Positions 9,907 to 19,923 are shown, numbered from the stretch's first letter. The stretch: DNA of 64,000 bases from an uncultured Ectothiorhodospiraceae bacterium (GCA_947259415.1 CAMYMI010000001.1:100880-164879); one strand, 5' to 3'. Notes: generated by a model from the sequence alone, not told the origin. Numbers and translations are program-made.

Positions 9907-9936
9907 TTAGCACCGACCCTGTTTTCCCAGTATAAT
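9907..9936 (+). promoter_or_regulatory. Candidate sigma70 promoter of typA
   Basis: TTAGCA (9907-9912), an 18-nt spacer, then a perfect TATAAT (9931-9936), about 48 nt upstream of the typA ATG. Confidence 0.35.
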
Positions 9937-9983
9937 CGCTGCCCTTTGAAACCCTCCTCCGCGATCGCGGACGACATTCCATC

Positions 9984-11804
9984 ATGATCAGCAACCTGCG
10001 AAACATCGCCATCATCGCGCACGTCGACCATGGCAAGACCACCCTGGTGGACCAGCTCCTTGGCCAGTCCGGCACCCTGGACAAACGCGCCGTCATCCCG
10101 GAACGGGTCATGGACTCCAGTGACCTGGAGCGCGAACGCGGCATCACCATCCTCTCGAAGAATACTGCCATCCGCTGGGGTAACTACCGCATCAATATCG
10201 TCGACACCCCCGGCCATGCCGATTTCGGCGGCGAGGTCGAGCGCGTGCTGTCGATGGTCGACTCGGTGCTGCTGCTGGTGGATGCGGTGGAAGGCCCCAT
10301 GCCGCAGACCCGCTTTGTCACCCAGAAGGCCTTCGCACTGGGACTGAAACCGATCGTCGTTATCAACAAGATTGACCGGCCGGGTTCGCGCCCCGACTGG
10401 GTACTGGATCAGACCTTCGACCTGTTCGACCGCCTCGGGGCCACCGATGAGCAGCTCGACTTCCCGGTGGTGTATGCCTCGGCCCTGCAGGGCTATGCAG
10501 GTCTCGAGGCCGACCAGCTGGCCGAAAACCTGACGCCGCTGTTCGAGGCCATCGTCGAACATGTCGATCCGCCGCAGGTCAACCCTAAGGGCCCGTTCCA
10601 GTTGCAGGTCACCTCGCTGGACTACAGCAGCTATGTCGGCGTCATCGGCGTGGGCCGAATCACCCGCGGCATGCTCCGGACCAACATGCCGGTCATCCTG
10701 ATCGACCGCGACGGCAAGCAGCGCAACGCCCGGGTCGGACAGGTTTTCGGCTTCCTCGGACTGGAGCGCATCGAGGTACCCGAGGCACAGGCCGGCGACA
10801 TCATCGCCTTCACCGGCATCGACGGGGTGCACATCTCCGACACAGTGTGCGACCCGGCCCATGTCGAGGCCCTGCCGCCGCTCACGGTCGACGAGCCCAC
10901 GGTGAGCATGACCTTCCAGGTAAACAACTCGCCGTTTGCCGGCAAGGACGGCAAGTACATTACGTCCCGAAATATCTTTGAGCGCCTGGAGCGTGAACTG
11001 ATCCACAACGTGGCACTGCGCGTCGATGATACCGGCGACCCGGACAAGTTCAGGGTATCCGGCCGCGGTGAACTGCATCTTGCGGTCCTGATCGAGACCA
11101 TGCGGCGCGAGAGCTTCGAGCTGGGCGTGTCGCGCCCCGAGGTCATCCTCCGGGAAGTCGATGGGGAACAGCAGGAACCGTACGAACAGGTGACCGTGGA
11201 CATCGAGGAAACCCACCAGGGCACCATCATGGAGAAACTCGGCGAACGCGGTGGTGAACTCACCGACATGGTCCCTGATGGCAAGGGCCGGGTGCGCCTC
11301 GACTACGTGATGCCGTCACGCGGCCTGATCGGCTTTCGCACCGAGTTCCTCACCGGCACCCAGGGCACCGGCCTGATCTACAGCGTGTTCTCCCACTACG
11401 GTCCCATGAAGGCAGGCGACTACGGCCAACGCATCAACGGTGTGCTGATTGCCAACGGCGCCGGCAAGGCCCTCGGCTACGCCCTGTTCAACCTGCAGGA
11501 ACGCGGACGCCTGTTCATCGGCCATGGCGAGGAGGTCTACGAAGGCATGGTCATCGGCATCCATTCGCGCAGCAACGACCTGGTGGTGAACCCGCTTAAG
11601 GGCAAGCAACTGACCAACATCCGCGCGGCCGGCACCGATGAAAATATCCTGCTCACGCCCCCTATCCGCATGAGTCTGGAACAAGCACTGGAATTCATCG
11701 ATGACGATGAACTGGTGGAGGTCACGCCGAACCATATCCGGCTGCGCAAAAAACAGTTGCAGGAACACGAACGCAAGCGCGCGGCCCGTGCTGCCTCGGC
11801 CTGA
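9984..11804 (+). CDS. typA: Translational GTPase TypA/BipA
   Basis: N-terminus [36 protein letters not shown], and full-length similarity to BipA (606 aa). Confidence 0.97.
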   Translation: MISNLRNIAIIAHVDHGKTTLVDQLLGQSGTLDKRAVIPERVMDSSDLERERGITILSKNTAIRWGNYRINIVDTPGHADFGGEVERVLSMVDSVLLLVDAVEGPMPQTRFVTQKAFALGLKPIVVINKIDRPGSRPDWVLDQTFDLFDRLGATDEQLDFPVVYASALQGYAGLEADQLAENLTPLFEAIVEHVDPPQVNPKGPFQLQVTSLDYSSYVGVIGVGRITRGMLRTNMPVILIDRDGKQRNARVGQVFGFLGLERIEVPEAQAGDIIAFTGIDGVHISDTVCDPAHVEALPPLTVDEPTVSMTFQVNNSPFAGKDGKYITSRNIFERLERELIHNVALRVDDTGDPDKFRVSGRGELHLAVLIETMRRESFELGVSRPEVILREVDGEQQEPYEQVTVDIEETHQGTIMEKLGERGGELTDMVPDGKGRVRLDYVMPSRGLIGFRTEFLTGTQGTGLIYSVFSHYGPMKAGDYGQRINGVLIANGAGKALGYALFNLQERGRLFIGHGEEVYEGMVIGIHSRSNDLVVNPLKGKQLTNIRAAGTDENILLTPPIRMSLEQALEFIDDDELVEVTPNHIRLRKKQLQEHERKRAARAASA

Positions 11805-11943
11805 GCGCTTCGGTGGCAAATTGAATCGATGGGTGCGTGGGCTGCGGTTGCCGGACAGGCCATGTACTCAGATGTGCTGAAACAGCAACCAGCCTCTCCG
11901 GGCAGTGGAACCGGTGCCAGCGACAGGGCCTTCGGGTGTACGA

Positions 11944-12153
11944 TCAGCGGGTACTTTTGTACAGGTACCAGGTGGCGACGTTGATATCGATATCTTCCAG
12001 CGGCAGTTCTTTAACCAGTATATTATTCAATCGACGGTCGACTTGCCTGCGATGGTTGTGAGGGTATACCTCGTCGGCACTGAAACTGCGCCGGTCTTCG
12101 ATCTTGCGCTGGTCCTTGATCTTGCGCAGGCCCTTTAGTGTCTGTTTCATCAT
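11944..12153 (-). CDS. Arg-rich mini-protein, paralog of 22273-22467 (unknown function)
   Basis: 69 aa with an AGGA RBS about 10 nt upstream of the ATG. It shares EDRRS...DRRLNNI.V.E....D with the second copy. Confidence 0.5.
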   Translation of the reverse strand: MMKQTLKGLRKIKDQRKIEDRRSFSADEVYPHNHRRQVDRRLNNILVKELPLEDIDINVATWYLYKSTR

Positions 12154-12294
12154 AGTCTTTTTTCCTGCTATCTCCGATCGTCTGTCTGGTTACCAGTATA
12201 ATGCTCCGACCCGGGGTGTCTATGGTACAAAAGTCGTAGTTACGACCCTTACGGGTCAGCAAACCAGCGTTGCAGCGAACCCCGTTTGTCAGCC

Positions 12295-12323
12295 AAAAAA
12301 GCGGCAGCCCGAAGACCGCCGCT
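12295..12323 (-). terminator. Rho-independent terminator after the VPLPA-CTERM gene
   Basis: On the minus strand, AGCGGC-GGTCTTCGGGCT-GCCGCT forms a stem with a UUCG-type loop, followed by TTTTTT. Confidence 0.6.
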
Positions 12324-12346
12324 GCGGGTGTTGGTTGGCCGGGTTG

Positions 12347-12676
12347 TCAGGCCATCTTACGCCGCCTTCCCACCACGACCATGCCGAGCAGTCCGGAACC
12401 GATCAGCCAGACAGCGGCTGGTACCGGGATCGCCGTGTACGGCCGGACGTCACAATAGTCCGGCACACCCGCCAATATGTCGTGGTTGGTGATCGGCGTC
12501 ATGGTGAATAGGTTACGGCTGACGGTGTAATCAACGGTGCTACAGACTGCGTTGCCGGGCTCCGGGTCGAAACCCGACAGGCTGACCATCACTGCCGATG
12601 CCGGAACCGCACACACCCACAGTGCCAGGCCTGCTGCTGATACCAACAGCTTGCGTCTGCTTATCACCTTGATCAT
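12347..12676 (-). CDS. Secreted protein with VPLPA-CTERM/PEP-CTERM-type sorting signal
   Basis: N-terminal signal peptide RRKLLVSAAGLALWVCAVPASA. The C-terminus IPVPAAVWLIGSGLLGMVVVGRRRKMA has the motif, TM helix and Arg cluster of exosortase substrates. ATG 12676 is preferred over the track start at 12718. Confidence 0.7.
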   Translation of the reverse strand: MIKVISRRKLLVSAAGLALWVCAVPASAVMVSLSGFDPEPGNAVCSTVDYTVSRNLFTMTPITNHDILAGVPDYCDVRPYTAIPVPAAVWLIGSGLLGMVVVGRRRKMA

Positions 12677-12919
12677 CTGTTTTCCCGACAACCCATCATG
12701 CGTCAAATTGAATATCATGACGGCCGGATGATCCCGGCCTTAATGTCCGCGTCTATTATAGAGGCGCATCAGGAAACTTTGTGTTCCAGAATGGCAAATG
12801 GTTGTAAACAATTGTCAGTAACAACTCACCACAACCCGTTAGTGCCATCCTTTGCAATAGCCGCTACCGGATTGGCATAATCTGTCTGATCGGGTGACAC
12901 GCAAGGAGCGTGCATTTAC

Positions 12920-13435
12920 ATGAACACATCATTCGCCGCCCTCCTGCCCGGCTCACGGCTGGCAAATGGACTGGGGCTGTTGCTCATCATCGCAGCCATG
13001 CTGTTTGCGGTGTTCTACCTTGAGGGCATGCTCTACCTGGAGCCCTGCCCGCTGTGCATCATCGACCGCGTGGTGCTGACCGGCATCGGCCTGGTGTTCC
13101 TACTTGCCAGCGTGCACAACCCCGGACGGAGTGGCCAGCGGGCCTATGCCGGCCTGAACCTGGTCCTGGTGGCAGCGGGTTGTGCGGTGGCGGGACGCCA
13201 TGTATGGCTCCAGCACCTGCCGGCCGACCGGGTGCCAGAGTGCGGTGCCAGCCTCGACTACATGCTCGAGACCCTGCCCCTGCACCAGACCCTGCGCAAG
13301 GTGTTGCAGGGCTCGGGGGAATGCGCCGATGTGCAGTGGACCCTGCTCGGACTCAGCATCCCGGAACAGACCCTGCTGCTGTTTGCTGCCCTCGGCGGGC
13401 TCGTCCTGCTGCAGTTACTGAGGCACTCGGACTGA
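12920..13435 (+). CDS. dsbB: Disulfide bond formation protein B
   Basis: CPLCIIDR first Cys pair, a second periplasmic Cys pair, and four TM helices. Confidence 0.9.
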   Translation: MNTSFAALLPGSRLANGLGLLLIIAAMLFAVFYLEGMLYLEPCPLCIIDRVVLTGIGLVFLLASVHNPGRSGQRAYAGLNLVLVAAGCAVAGRHVWLQHLPADRVPECGASLDYMLETLPLHQTLRKVLQGSGECADVQWTLLGLSIPEQTLLLFAALGGLVLLQLLRHSD

Positions 13436-13459
13436 AGCCCGGTGTATCTCAGGCAATGA

Positions 13460-13882
13460 TCAGAACTGCCCGGTCCGCAGCATGACCAGGGTACAGGCGT
13501 GCAAACACTCGATGTAGCGGGCGCGCAGCCGTGTTTCCAGCTCGTCGGATTCCGTACCCGGGTTGAGAATCACCCGCCCCGGATTGAGCCGGACGATGTC
13601 ATCGATGAGACCCCGGCTGCGTTCAGGCCCGACATACAGCGTCAGGGTATGGACCCGTTCCTGGATGGTGCTCAGCTTGTGCACCACCGGCAGGCCCTCG
13701 ATTTCCCTGATCTTCGGATGCACCGGAATGACGAGATAACCGCCGGCGATCAGTTCCCGCACAGCACGGTTGGCATAGCGGGCCGGTTTCGGGCTGGCAC
13801 CCAGCACGACCACCCGGTGGTCTTGCGGGCAGTCCGGCCATTTGTGACTGAATTTCTGCTCAAACATGGCGCTGACCGTCAA
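13460..13882 (-). CDS. CoA-binding domain protein (YccU-like)
   Basis: VVVLGASPKPARYANRAVRELIAGGYLVIPVHPK is a typical CoA_binding_2 N-terminus. Confidence 0.8.
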   Translation of the reverse strand: MTVSAMFEQKFSHKWPDCPQDHRVVVLGASPKPARYANRAVRELIAGGYLVIPVHPKIREIEGLPVVHKLSTIQERVHTLTLYVGPERSRGLIDDIVRLNPGRVILNPGTESDELETRLRARYIECLHACTLVMLRTGQF

Positions 13883-14049
13883 CCCTCATGACGTCAAGCG
13901 GGCAGCAACGCACGCGCCGCGGGTTCACGTCATCAAGGGATCAGGTCTGGAGCTCTACGCGGGGCGGATAACTGCGCTGTCAGGTTGAAATCAGGGCTTG
14001 CAAAAGCGGAGCACCGGCAGCTTAACCAATGCCGTACCGGCATCCGCGG

Positions 14050-14343
14050 TCAGACGCAGCCGGTGGGTTTCGGCAGGCCGCCGTATTTGGTGATCGGCTT
14101 CATCGGACCGGTCATCCACATCTTGAACATGGCCTTCTGGTCGGCACCCAGGTACTTGGCGAACTTGCGAATCGGCGGGACCACATTGTTGTTCTCGAAG
14201 TACTCGCGCGCCTTGAGGATCTGTTCCCACTTTTCATCATCGAGTTCGACCTCGTCGGCTGCCGCCATGGCGCGGGCGATCTCGGGAGTCCAGGCATTCA
14301 TATCGGTGAGATAACCGTCACCGTCGCGTTCAGGGATTTCCAT
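14050..14343 (-). CDS. TusE/DsrC-family sulfur relay protein (single C-terminal Cys)
   Basis: Ends GGLPKPTGCV, and contains the WTPEIA motif. The position 11 residues before the terminal Cys is Thr, so the second DsrC cysteine is absent. Confidence 0.9.
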   Translation of the reverse strand: MEIPERDGDGYLTDMNAWTPEIARAMAAADEVELDDEKWEQILKAREYFENNNVVPPIRKFAKYLGADQKAMFKMWMTGPMKPITKYGGLPKPTGCV

Positions 14344-14504
14344 CTACACACTCTCCAATTCAATATTACATATGGGGCCGGGCGCACCCGGCAGTTGCTG
14401 GTGATTAGATAATAACCAAGTAAATTAGTCAAGTATTTTAAGTGATGAAAATGGCACGGATCGAAATATTTTTATATTAATTAACATATAGATAAAGCAA
14501 CTTC

Positions 14505-14927
14505 CTAAACAAGCATTTCCAAGCCCTCCGGCGCCCCTTCTTTGACCTTAGCCAGCACTTCCGCAAGCGCCTCGGCCGTGTAGGGCCTGGGGGGTACACA
14601 GCCCCAGACCGGTGCCGGCCAGGCCGGGTCAATACGGTAACGCACTACGTGATGGACATGCAGCTGTGGCACCATATTCCCGAGTGCGGCGATGTTGAGC
14701 TTGTCGGCATTGAAACGCCCGGCCAGCACGGCGGCCAGGGCACAGGACTCGCGCATCAGTTGCTCGCGGTCGTCTACATTCAGCTGATGGATTTCGGTGA
14801 CGGCCTCCCGGTCCGGCACCAGGATAAACCAGGGGTAGTTTGCGTCCCGCATCAGCAGCAGGCGGCACAGCGGGAAGCGCCCGATGACCAGGCAGTCCTT
14901 CAGTAGCTGTGGATGCAGTTCGACCAT
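14505..14927 (-). CDS. HIT-family (histidine triad) protein
   Basis: Histidine triad QLHVHHVV near the C-terminal third. 140 aa. Confidence 0.85.
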   Translation of the reverse strand: MVELHPQLLKDCLVIGRFPLCRLLLMRDANYPWFILVPDREAVTEIHQLNVDDREQLMRESCALAAVLAGRFNADKLNIAALGNMVPQLHVHHVVRYRIDPAWPAPVWGCVPPRPYTAEALAEVLAKVKEGAPEGLEMLV

Positions 14928-14967
14928 GTGTTTTTACGGTCGCCCGTATTGCCTGGCGGACTTCGCC

Positions 14968-15504
14968 TCAGCCCGCAAACACCAGCGGGACCCTGCAGCG
15001 CCGGCAGAGATAGGCCGCACTGTCACGGTGAATCCGGTTATGACGCCGGGTGCTGAGCTGATGGGTACTGCAACTGCAGCGATAGACAAAGCGCCGCTGG
15101 CGCCGCACGGGGATACCTGTCAGGTCGTATTTGGCGGTGGCCCGCGGCGTCGCACCCAGGGCGCGCATCAGCGCCTGCCATTCCGCGCCATGCGGACGGA
15201 TATTCTCGAGACCATACAGGACATCGGTTGCGTAGTGCGCCACCTCATGCGGCACCGTCTCGGCCAGGCCCTCGTCAAAATAGCGGGCGAGGATATAGGG
15301 ATTGTAGCGGATGCAGCGCCGGCCCTGGCGCACTCGGTACATACCCGCGGCCCGACCGCTCAGATCGAAACTGATGTCAATGAGGGGGAATGGGTAGTGA
15401 CAGATCCCGGCAGCGCGGCGCAGACAGTCCCCGGTTGCGGCACATACCTGCTGACGCCGGTATTCATCGATGGGACTGACTGGATTGGATTGCATGCACG
15501 GCAC
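14968..15504 (-). CDS. sprT: SprT-family zinc metalloprotease-like protein
   Basis: HEVAHY zinc motif plus a C-terminal Cys-rich ribbon (YRCSC...LCRRC). Confidence 0.85.
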   Translation of the reverse strand: MPCMQSNPVSPIDEYRRQQVCAATGDCLRRAAGICHYPFPLIDISFDLSGRAAGMYRVRQGRRCIRYNPYILARYFDEGLAETVPHEVAHYATDVLYGLENIRPHGAEWQALMRALGATPRATAKYDLTGIPVRRQRRFVYRCSCSTHQLSTRRHNRIHRDSAAYLCRRCRVPLVFAG

Positions 15505-15507
15505 AGG

Positions 15508-15810
15508 TTAGGGTTGGTCGCTGAAGTGGTAAATGCGCCTGTTCAGATAATCGGTCACATCATCGACCTCTTCGTCCGACCATCCCAGTCCGGCATGAAA
15601 GCTCCAGGTTGTAACCCACTGGCGAATATCACTGTGCGAAGCGGCGCGACGCTCGGTGCGCGTATGCGCTACGGTATCATGACAGGCCTCGCAATGGTTT
15701 TCATAGAGCGCCTGGCCGCGATCAAAGGTCTCGGCCGTGGCCGGCGCTGCCACTATCAGCCCGGCAAGTAACGCTGAACAGAAACCTTTCACGCTATCCA
15801 TGACCTCCAC
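15508..15810 (-). CDS. Small monoheme c-type cytochrome
   Basis: Signal peptide and a single CEACH heme-binding motif. The stop lies 3 nt before the sprT start. Confidence 0.75.
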   Translation of the reverse strand: MEVMDSVKGFCSALLAGLIVAAPATAETFDRGQALYENHCEACHDTVAHTRTERRAASHSDIRQWVTTWSFHAGLGWSDEEVDDVTDYLNRRIYHFSDQP

Positions 15811-15994
15811 CTGTTTTTAATCCTACTATAGTAGACGCCTCGGGATACTGCCCGTACCAGGGTCTGTCAGTCCCGCAGCAGGGGCAGGGAAAAGCCCGTA
15901 GCGAAGTCGACCGAACCCGGCAGCACCGGCTGCCGCTGTTGTACAGGCAGCAATACCAGCAGCCTCTCGATTGCCCGCATCACGATCGGGGGCC

Positions 15995-16909
15995 TCATTC
16001 CTCAATCTCCTCACCGCCAAGCGCCTTGAGCAGTCGCGGCAGGAATTCCGCCAGCTCCAGGGTCATGAGGGAGAAATCGAGGTCGAAGCGGCTCGCCGGG
16101 TCGCCAGCCTCGGTTTCGCACTCTGCCTCCCGGATGACGTCCTCGAAATACAGGCGCTTGATCGACAGGTCATCCTGCAGCACGCAGGACAGTCGCTCCT
16201 TCCACCGGATGGCAAGCCGGGTCGCGTATTTCCCGCTCCTGACGTGATTGCGAACCTCGTTGGTCAGCAAGTCCTGGTGTTTGCAGCTGACAATACCGTG
16301 ATTCGGATCGGGGTGCTTGAGTTCGCACTCCTGTCCCAGCTCGAAGCCCTGCGGCAGGCGGCGTTCGCCATTCAGCCACTGGGTCATGGTATTCATGCAG
16401 GTGCGCTTCACCCGAACCGGCGTGGCCTTGAAACTCCCCAGGGACGAGCGGACCTGGCTGATCAGGTCCTCGGCACGGGACGGCATGGGCGTGTCCACCA
16501 CGACATAGCCTGATCGGGTATCGATATAGGCATACAGGTCTGCGTTGCGGGTCAGCGCACGCGGCAACAGGTCGATCATGATCTCGTCCTTCATGCGCAG
16601 CTTCTCCCGCCGGTAGACATCGCGGGACTCAGCGGCCTCCACCTCCGCCACCCTGTCGTCAAGCAGCTGCCTCACGACACTCGCGGGAATGATCTTCTCG
16701 GCCTTGCGCGCACAGATCATGAAATAGCCATTGCTGGCATGCACCAGTTGCTCGCCGTACCGGCCCAGTGGCGGCACCCACCCGCTGGCCGCCAGGTCCA
16801 TGCGGCTGCATCCCTTGAAGGCCTGTTTCCGGAGGCGCCTATCCAGCGCTTCTGCCGAGAGACCAAACGGTTGGCCAAGGCGGTACAACTGAAGGTTTCT
16901 GAACCACAT
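15995..16909 (-). CDS. rdgC: Recombination-associated protein RdgC
   Basis: Begins MWFRNLQLYRL, as RdgC proteins do. I used this internal ATG (16909) instead of the track start at 16933. Confidence 0.92.
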   Translation of the reverse strand: MWFRNLQLYRLGQPFGLSAEALDRRLRKQAFKGCSRMDLAASGWVPPLGRYGEQLVHASNGYFMICARKAEKIIPASVVRQLLDDRVAEVEAAESRDVYRREKLRMKDEIMIDLLPRALTRNADLYAYIDTRSGYVVVDTPMPSRAEDLISQVRSSLGSFKATPVRVKRTCMNTMTQWLNGERRLPQGFELGQECELKHPDPNHGIVSCKHQDLLTNEVRNHVRSGKYATRLAIRWKERLSCVLQDDLSIKRLYFEDVIREAECETEAGDPASRFDLDFSLMTLELAEFLPRLLKALGGEEIEE

Positions 16910-17054
16910 GTGAGCACCCTGAAAAAGCGCCACATTATGGGCAAGGACGGTATCACCCGCCAGCGTTATTTACCGGCAGCAGGGCCCGGCCGGTCAGACC
17001 ACGCCGGCCACCGTTATCTCAGGCACCGACACCGGCGGCGGATCTGTCTGGTGG

Positions 17055-17849
17055 CTATTGGGCCTGGCGGAAGGTCGCAGCGAACAGTTCCAGCATGGCC
17101 TGCCAGGAATCGGCATCGGCAGCAGCATCATAGGCCAGTGGCAGATCGAAGCTTTCACCGAACCGGTCGGCATCCGGATTGGTGAAGCTGTGCCTGGCAC
17201 CCGGGTAGTTAATGAAGGTGTAGTCGGCACCCGCGGCATCCATCTCCGCCTTGAAGGCACTGATCTGCTCGGTGCTGACAAACGGGTCATCGGCACCGTT
17301 GGCCACCAGGATCCGCGCCTTGACCTTCCCTGCCTCCGCCCTGGTGCCGCCACCGAGGCTGCCATGGAAACTCACCACCGCGTCCAGGTCGAGCCCCTGG
17401 CGCGCCATTTCCAGCACCACCCCGCCACCGAAACAATAGCCGATCGCAGCATTTGACTCCGGATCGACCGTGGGGTGGCGAGTGAGAAATTCACGCGCGG
17501 CCTCGAAACGCGCCTGCATCAGGGGAAGATTCTGGCGTATGGCTCCGGCAAACTTGCCGGCATCATCGGGATGGTCAGCCGTCTTGCCCTCGCCGTACAT
17601 GTCAACGGCCAGCGCGGTATAACCCAGGGCAGCAAGCCGCTCGGCACGTTTGCGGGCATAGTCATTGTGGCCCCACCATTCATGCACCACCAGGATACCG
17701 GGTCGCCTGCCCTCCACGGCTGCATCGTAGGCAATATAACCCTTGAGCGTGGTGTCACCGGCCTGGTAACTCACTTCCTCGCCGACCAGGGAGCCCTGAG
17801 ACGGCAGGCTGATCAACATCAGCAAAACTGTCGGGATGGCTCGGAACAT
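17055..17849 (-). CDS. Dienelactone hydrolase family protein (secreted)
   Basis: VVHEWWGHNDYARKRAERLA..YCFGG nucleophile region. The signal peptide starts at MFRAIPTVLLMLISLPSQG (ATG 17849). Confidence 0.88.
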   Translation of the reverse strand: MFRAIPTVLLMLISLPSQGSLVGEEVSYQAGDTTLKGYIAYDAAVEGRRPGILVVHEWWGHNDYARKRAERLAALGYTALAVDMYGEGKTADHPDDAGKFAGAIRQNLPLMQARFEAAREFLTRHPTVDPESNAAIGYCFGGGVVLEMARQGLDLDAVVSFHGSLGGGTRAEAGKVKARILVANGADDPFVSTEQISAFKAEMDAAGADYTFINYPGARHSFTNPDADRFGESFDLPLAYDAAADADSWQAMLELFAATFRQAQ

Positions 17850-17966
17850 AGTTATCTCCTGAAGTAAGTCTGGCACTTCGTTGCAAAACTGACGGCGACC
17901 CGACATGCATCGTGATCGGCAGATGCCGGCAGACAGTACCCGGATTATAGACCGCATTGCCGGTGG

Positions 17967-18971
17967 CTATTCGAGAAAATCGTAATCCTCAAACGATGCG
18001 CACAGGCTATCCAGGTTATTGTGAATTGGTGGCAACGAGGCCAGATAGAACGCCAGCGCCTGCCGATCGTAATCTGTCAATTGCATGCAACTGGTGCCCA
18101 GCACCTCCATCATCAATCCACTCGCGTAGCAGCCATCCGGGCGTCTGCCGGTAGCCAGGAAGGTATCCAGCTCCGCTGTAGTCCAGCGGCCAATGCCCGT
18201 TTCTTCATCCGGGGTGATGTTGGGCACCCTCAGGCCTTCCGGTCCGGAACAGGTGCCGGCAAGGTAACGGTCGCTGCGCGGTGTACCCAGAAACCCGCGC
18301 GGGGTATGACATTCGCCGCAGTGTCCAAGCGCCTTGGCCAGATAGGCGCCCCGGTTCCATTGCGGCATCCTTGTCGGGTCGTCAACGGCCACCCCCGGTG
18401 TGAAGCCCCCCTGTTTCCAGTGACTGATCAGGGCACGCGAGGACAGTGGCCAGGGAATAATATGCGGGGGACTTTGTCGGGCAGATTCCGGCTGCGTCAT
18501 CAGGTAGGCATACAGGGCCTGCATATCGCGGCGTGTCATCCGGGTATACGAGGGATACGGGAAGGCCGGATAATAATGCTGTCCCCCGGGACTGATGCCC
18601 ATGCGCAAGGCCCGTACAAAGTCCTCCTCTGACCAGCGCCCGATCCCCTGCTCCCGGTGCGGTGTTATATTGGGGGGAAAATAGGTGCCATACGGCGTGA
18701 CGATCGGCGGTCCACCGGCCAGGGTCTGGTCATTGCGGTGACAGGAAACACAGCCGGCAGCCGCAAACACATACCTGCCCTCCTCGACCAGGTCGGTATA
18801 TGCCTGCACCCGGCCAGACATGGACTGCCCGGCAAACAGCACAAGCAGCACAAGCAACCCCCGGACGGCGCGCCCTGCATACGGTAACAACGCGGACCGG
18901 CAAGGCCTGACGGCTGCCTTTATGAGGGAAGCACAAGACAGGCTGCAGCGACTGTCGGCACTGAACATCAT
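17967..18971 (-). CDS. Diheme c-type cytochrome
   Basis: Two CxxCH motifs (CVSCH and CGECH) after a signal or anchor segment. The start is uncertain (track 19100, ATG 18971 chosen). Confidence 0.8.
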   Translation of the reverse strand: MMFSADSRCSLSCASLIKAAVRPCRSALLPYAGRAVRGLLVLLVLFAGQSMSGRVQAYTDLVEEGRYVFAAAGCVSCHRNDQTLAGGPPIVTPYGTYFPPNITPHREQGIGRWSEEDFVRALRMGISPGGQHYYPAFPYPSYTRMTRRDMQALYAYLMTQPESARQSPPHIIPWPLSSRALISHWKQGGFTPGVAVDDPTRMPQWNRGAYLAKALGHCGECHTPRGFLGTPRSDRYLAGTCSGPEGLRVPNITPDEETGIGRWTTAELDTFLATGRRPDGCYASGLMMEVLGTSCMQLTDYDRQALAFYLASLPPIHNNLDSLCASFEDYDFLE

Positions 18972-19184
18972 TGTGTTTTTCACACCTCCATATAGTTTAA
19001 GATAGCAGGAATCAGGATTTTGGCGTGTACTGCAATATCCCCGGTCATAAAGACGGAAAACCCGTGCGGTCGCGGCGCGCGATGTATACGACGCCTGCAC
19101 GGCGACGCCACTGCCATGACTGAATAGCCGGCACGGGAATGGTCCCTGCCCGTATGATCGCCTTTCAGCAACCTGGAGAATTGT

Positions 19185-19409
19185 ATGAGTGAAACCCTCA
19201 TGATATTACCTGCCAGGGACTCCAGCGCCATCCGGCTGGTCCGGGTACCCGATGACTTCGAGCAGCACGAGGTCTATCGCCATGTAACGGGATTGATCGC
19301 ACAGGTCGAGGTGGAAAACCCGGACTATGACTGGGATGACATCGCGCCCGTACTGGAGGACCATGGTTTCGAGGCCGTGGAATTCATACTCGGTCCCGCG
19401 CTCGACTGA
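19185..19409 (+). CDS. Small acidic hypothetical protein
   Basis: 74 aa with a GGAG RBS. Sits 13 nt upstream of greB. No recognisable motif. Confidence 0.5.
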   Translation: MSETLMILPARDSSAIRLVRVPDDFEQHEVYRHVTGLIAQVEVENPDYDWDDIAPVLEDHGFEAVEFILGPALD

Positions 19410-19422
19410 ACAGCCGCCCCCG

Positions 19423-19923
19423 ATGGGACGCTATCGCCCGCCTGCACCGAAGTCCTCACCCTATGTCACCCTGGAGGGTTACCAGGCTCTGCAGGACGAA
19501 CTCAAGGCCATCTGGAAACGCCGTGACCAGGTTACCCGGGCACTAACGGCCGCGGCAGCGGAAGGTGACCGCTCTGAGAATGCCGAGTACATCTACCGCA
19601 AGAAGGAACTGCGCGAGATCGACCGGCGCATCCGCTACCTGCAGAAACGTGTCCCGGAACTAAAGGTGGTCTCCGAACCGCCGTCCGATCCGTCACGGAT
19701 TTTTTTCGGCGCCTGGGTCACTCTGGAAGACGAGGACGGCGTGGAGGTGATCTATCGTATCGTCGGGGCCGACGAGTTCGACCCGGTGAGGGGCTGGATC
19801 AGCATGGACTCGCCAATGGCAGGGGCCCTGATGAAAAAGACCCTGGATGACGAGGTCCTGGTGAAAACGCCTAACGGGAAGGTCTGCTACACCGTTATCG
19901 GAGTACACTACAGCGAACCCTGA
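19423..19923 (+). CDS. greB: Transcription elongation factor GreB
   Basis: GDRSENAEYIYRKKELREIDRRIRYLQKR matches the Gre coiled-coil region. ATG 19423 was verified in the sequence. Confidence 0.93.
   Translation: MGRYRPPAPKSSPYVTLEGYQALQDELKAIWKRRDQVTRALTAAAAEGDRSENAEYIYRKKELREIDRRIRYLQKRVPELKVVSEPPSDPSRIFFGAWVTLEDEDGVEVIYRIVGADEFDPVRGWISMDSPMAGALMKKTLDDEVLVKTPNGKVCYTVIGVHYSEP

Noticed and set aside
9345-11216. 623-aa ORF antisense to typA, and similar long antisense ORFs (for example 6069-6896, 7497-8429, 8311-9072, 53379-54236, 56070-57377, 57907-58869, 60763-62037)
   Set aside because: Each lies opposite a gene with unambiguous motif-level identity. Their products are Arg/Gly/Ala/His-rich with no motifs. 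This is the stop-codon-poor antisense artefact typical of GC-rich DNA.
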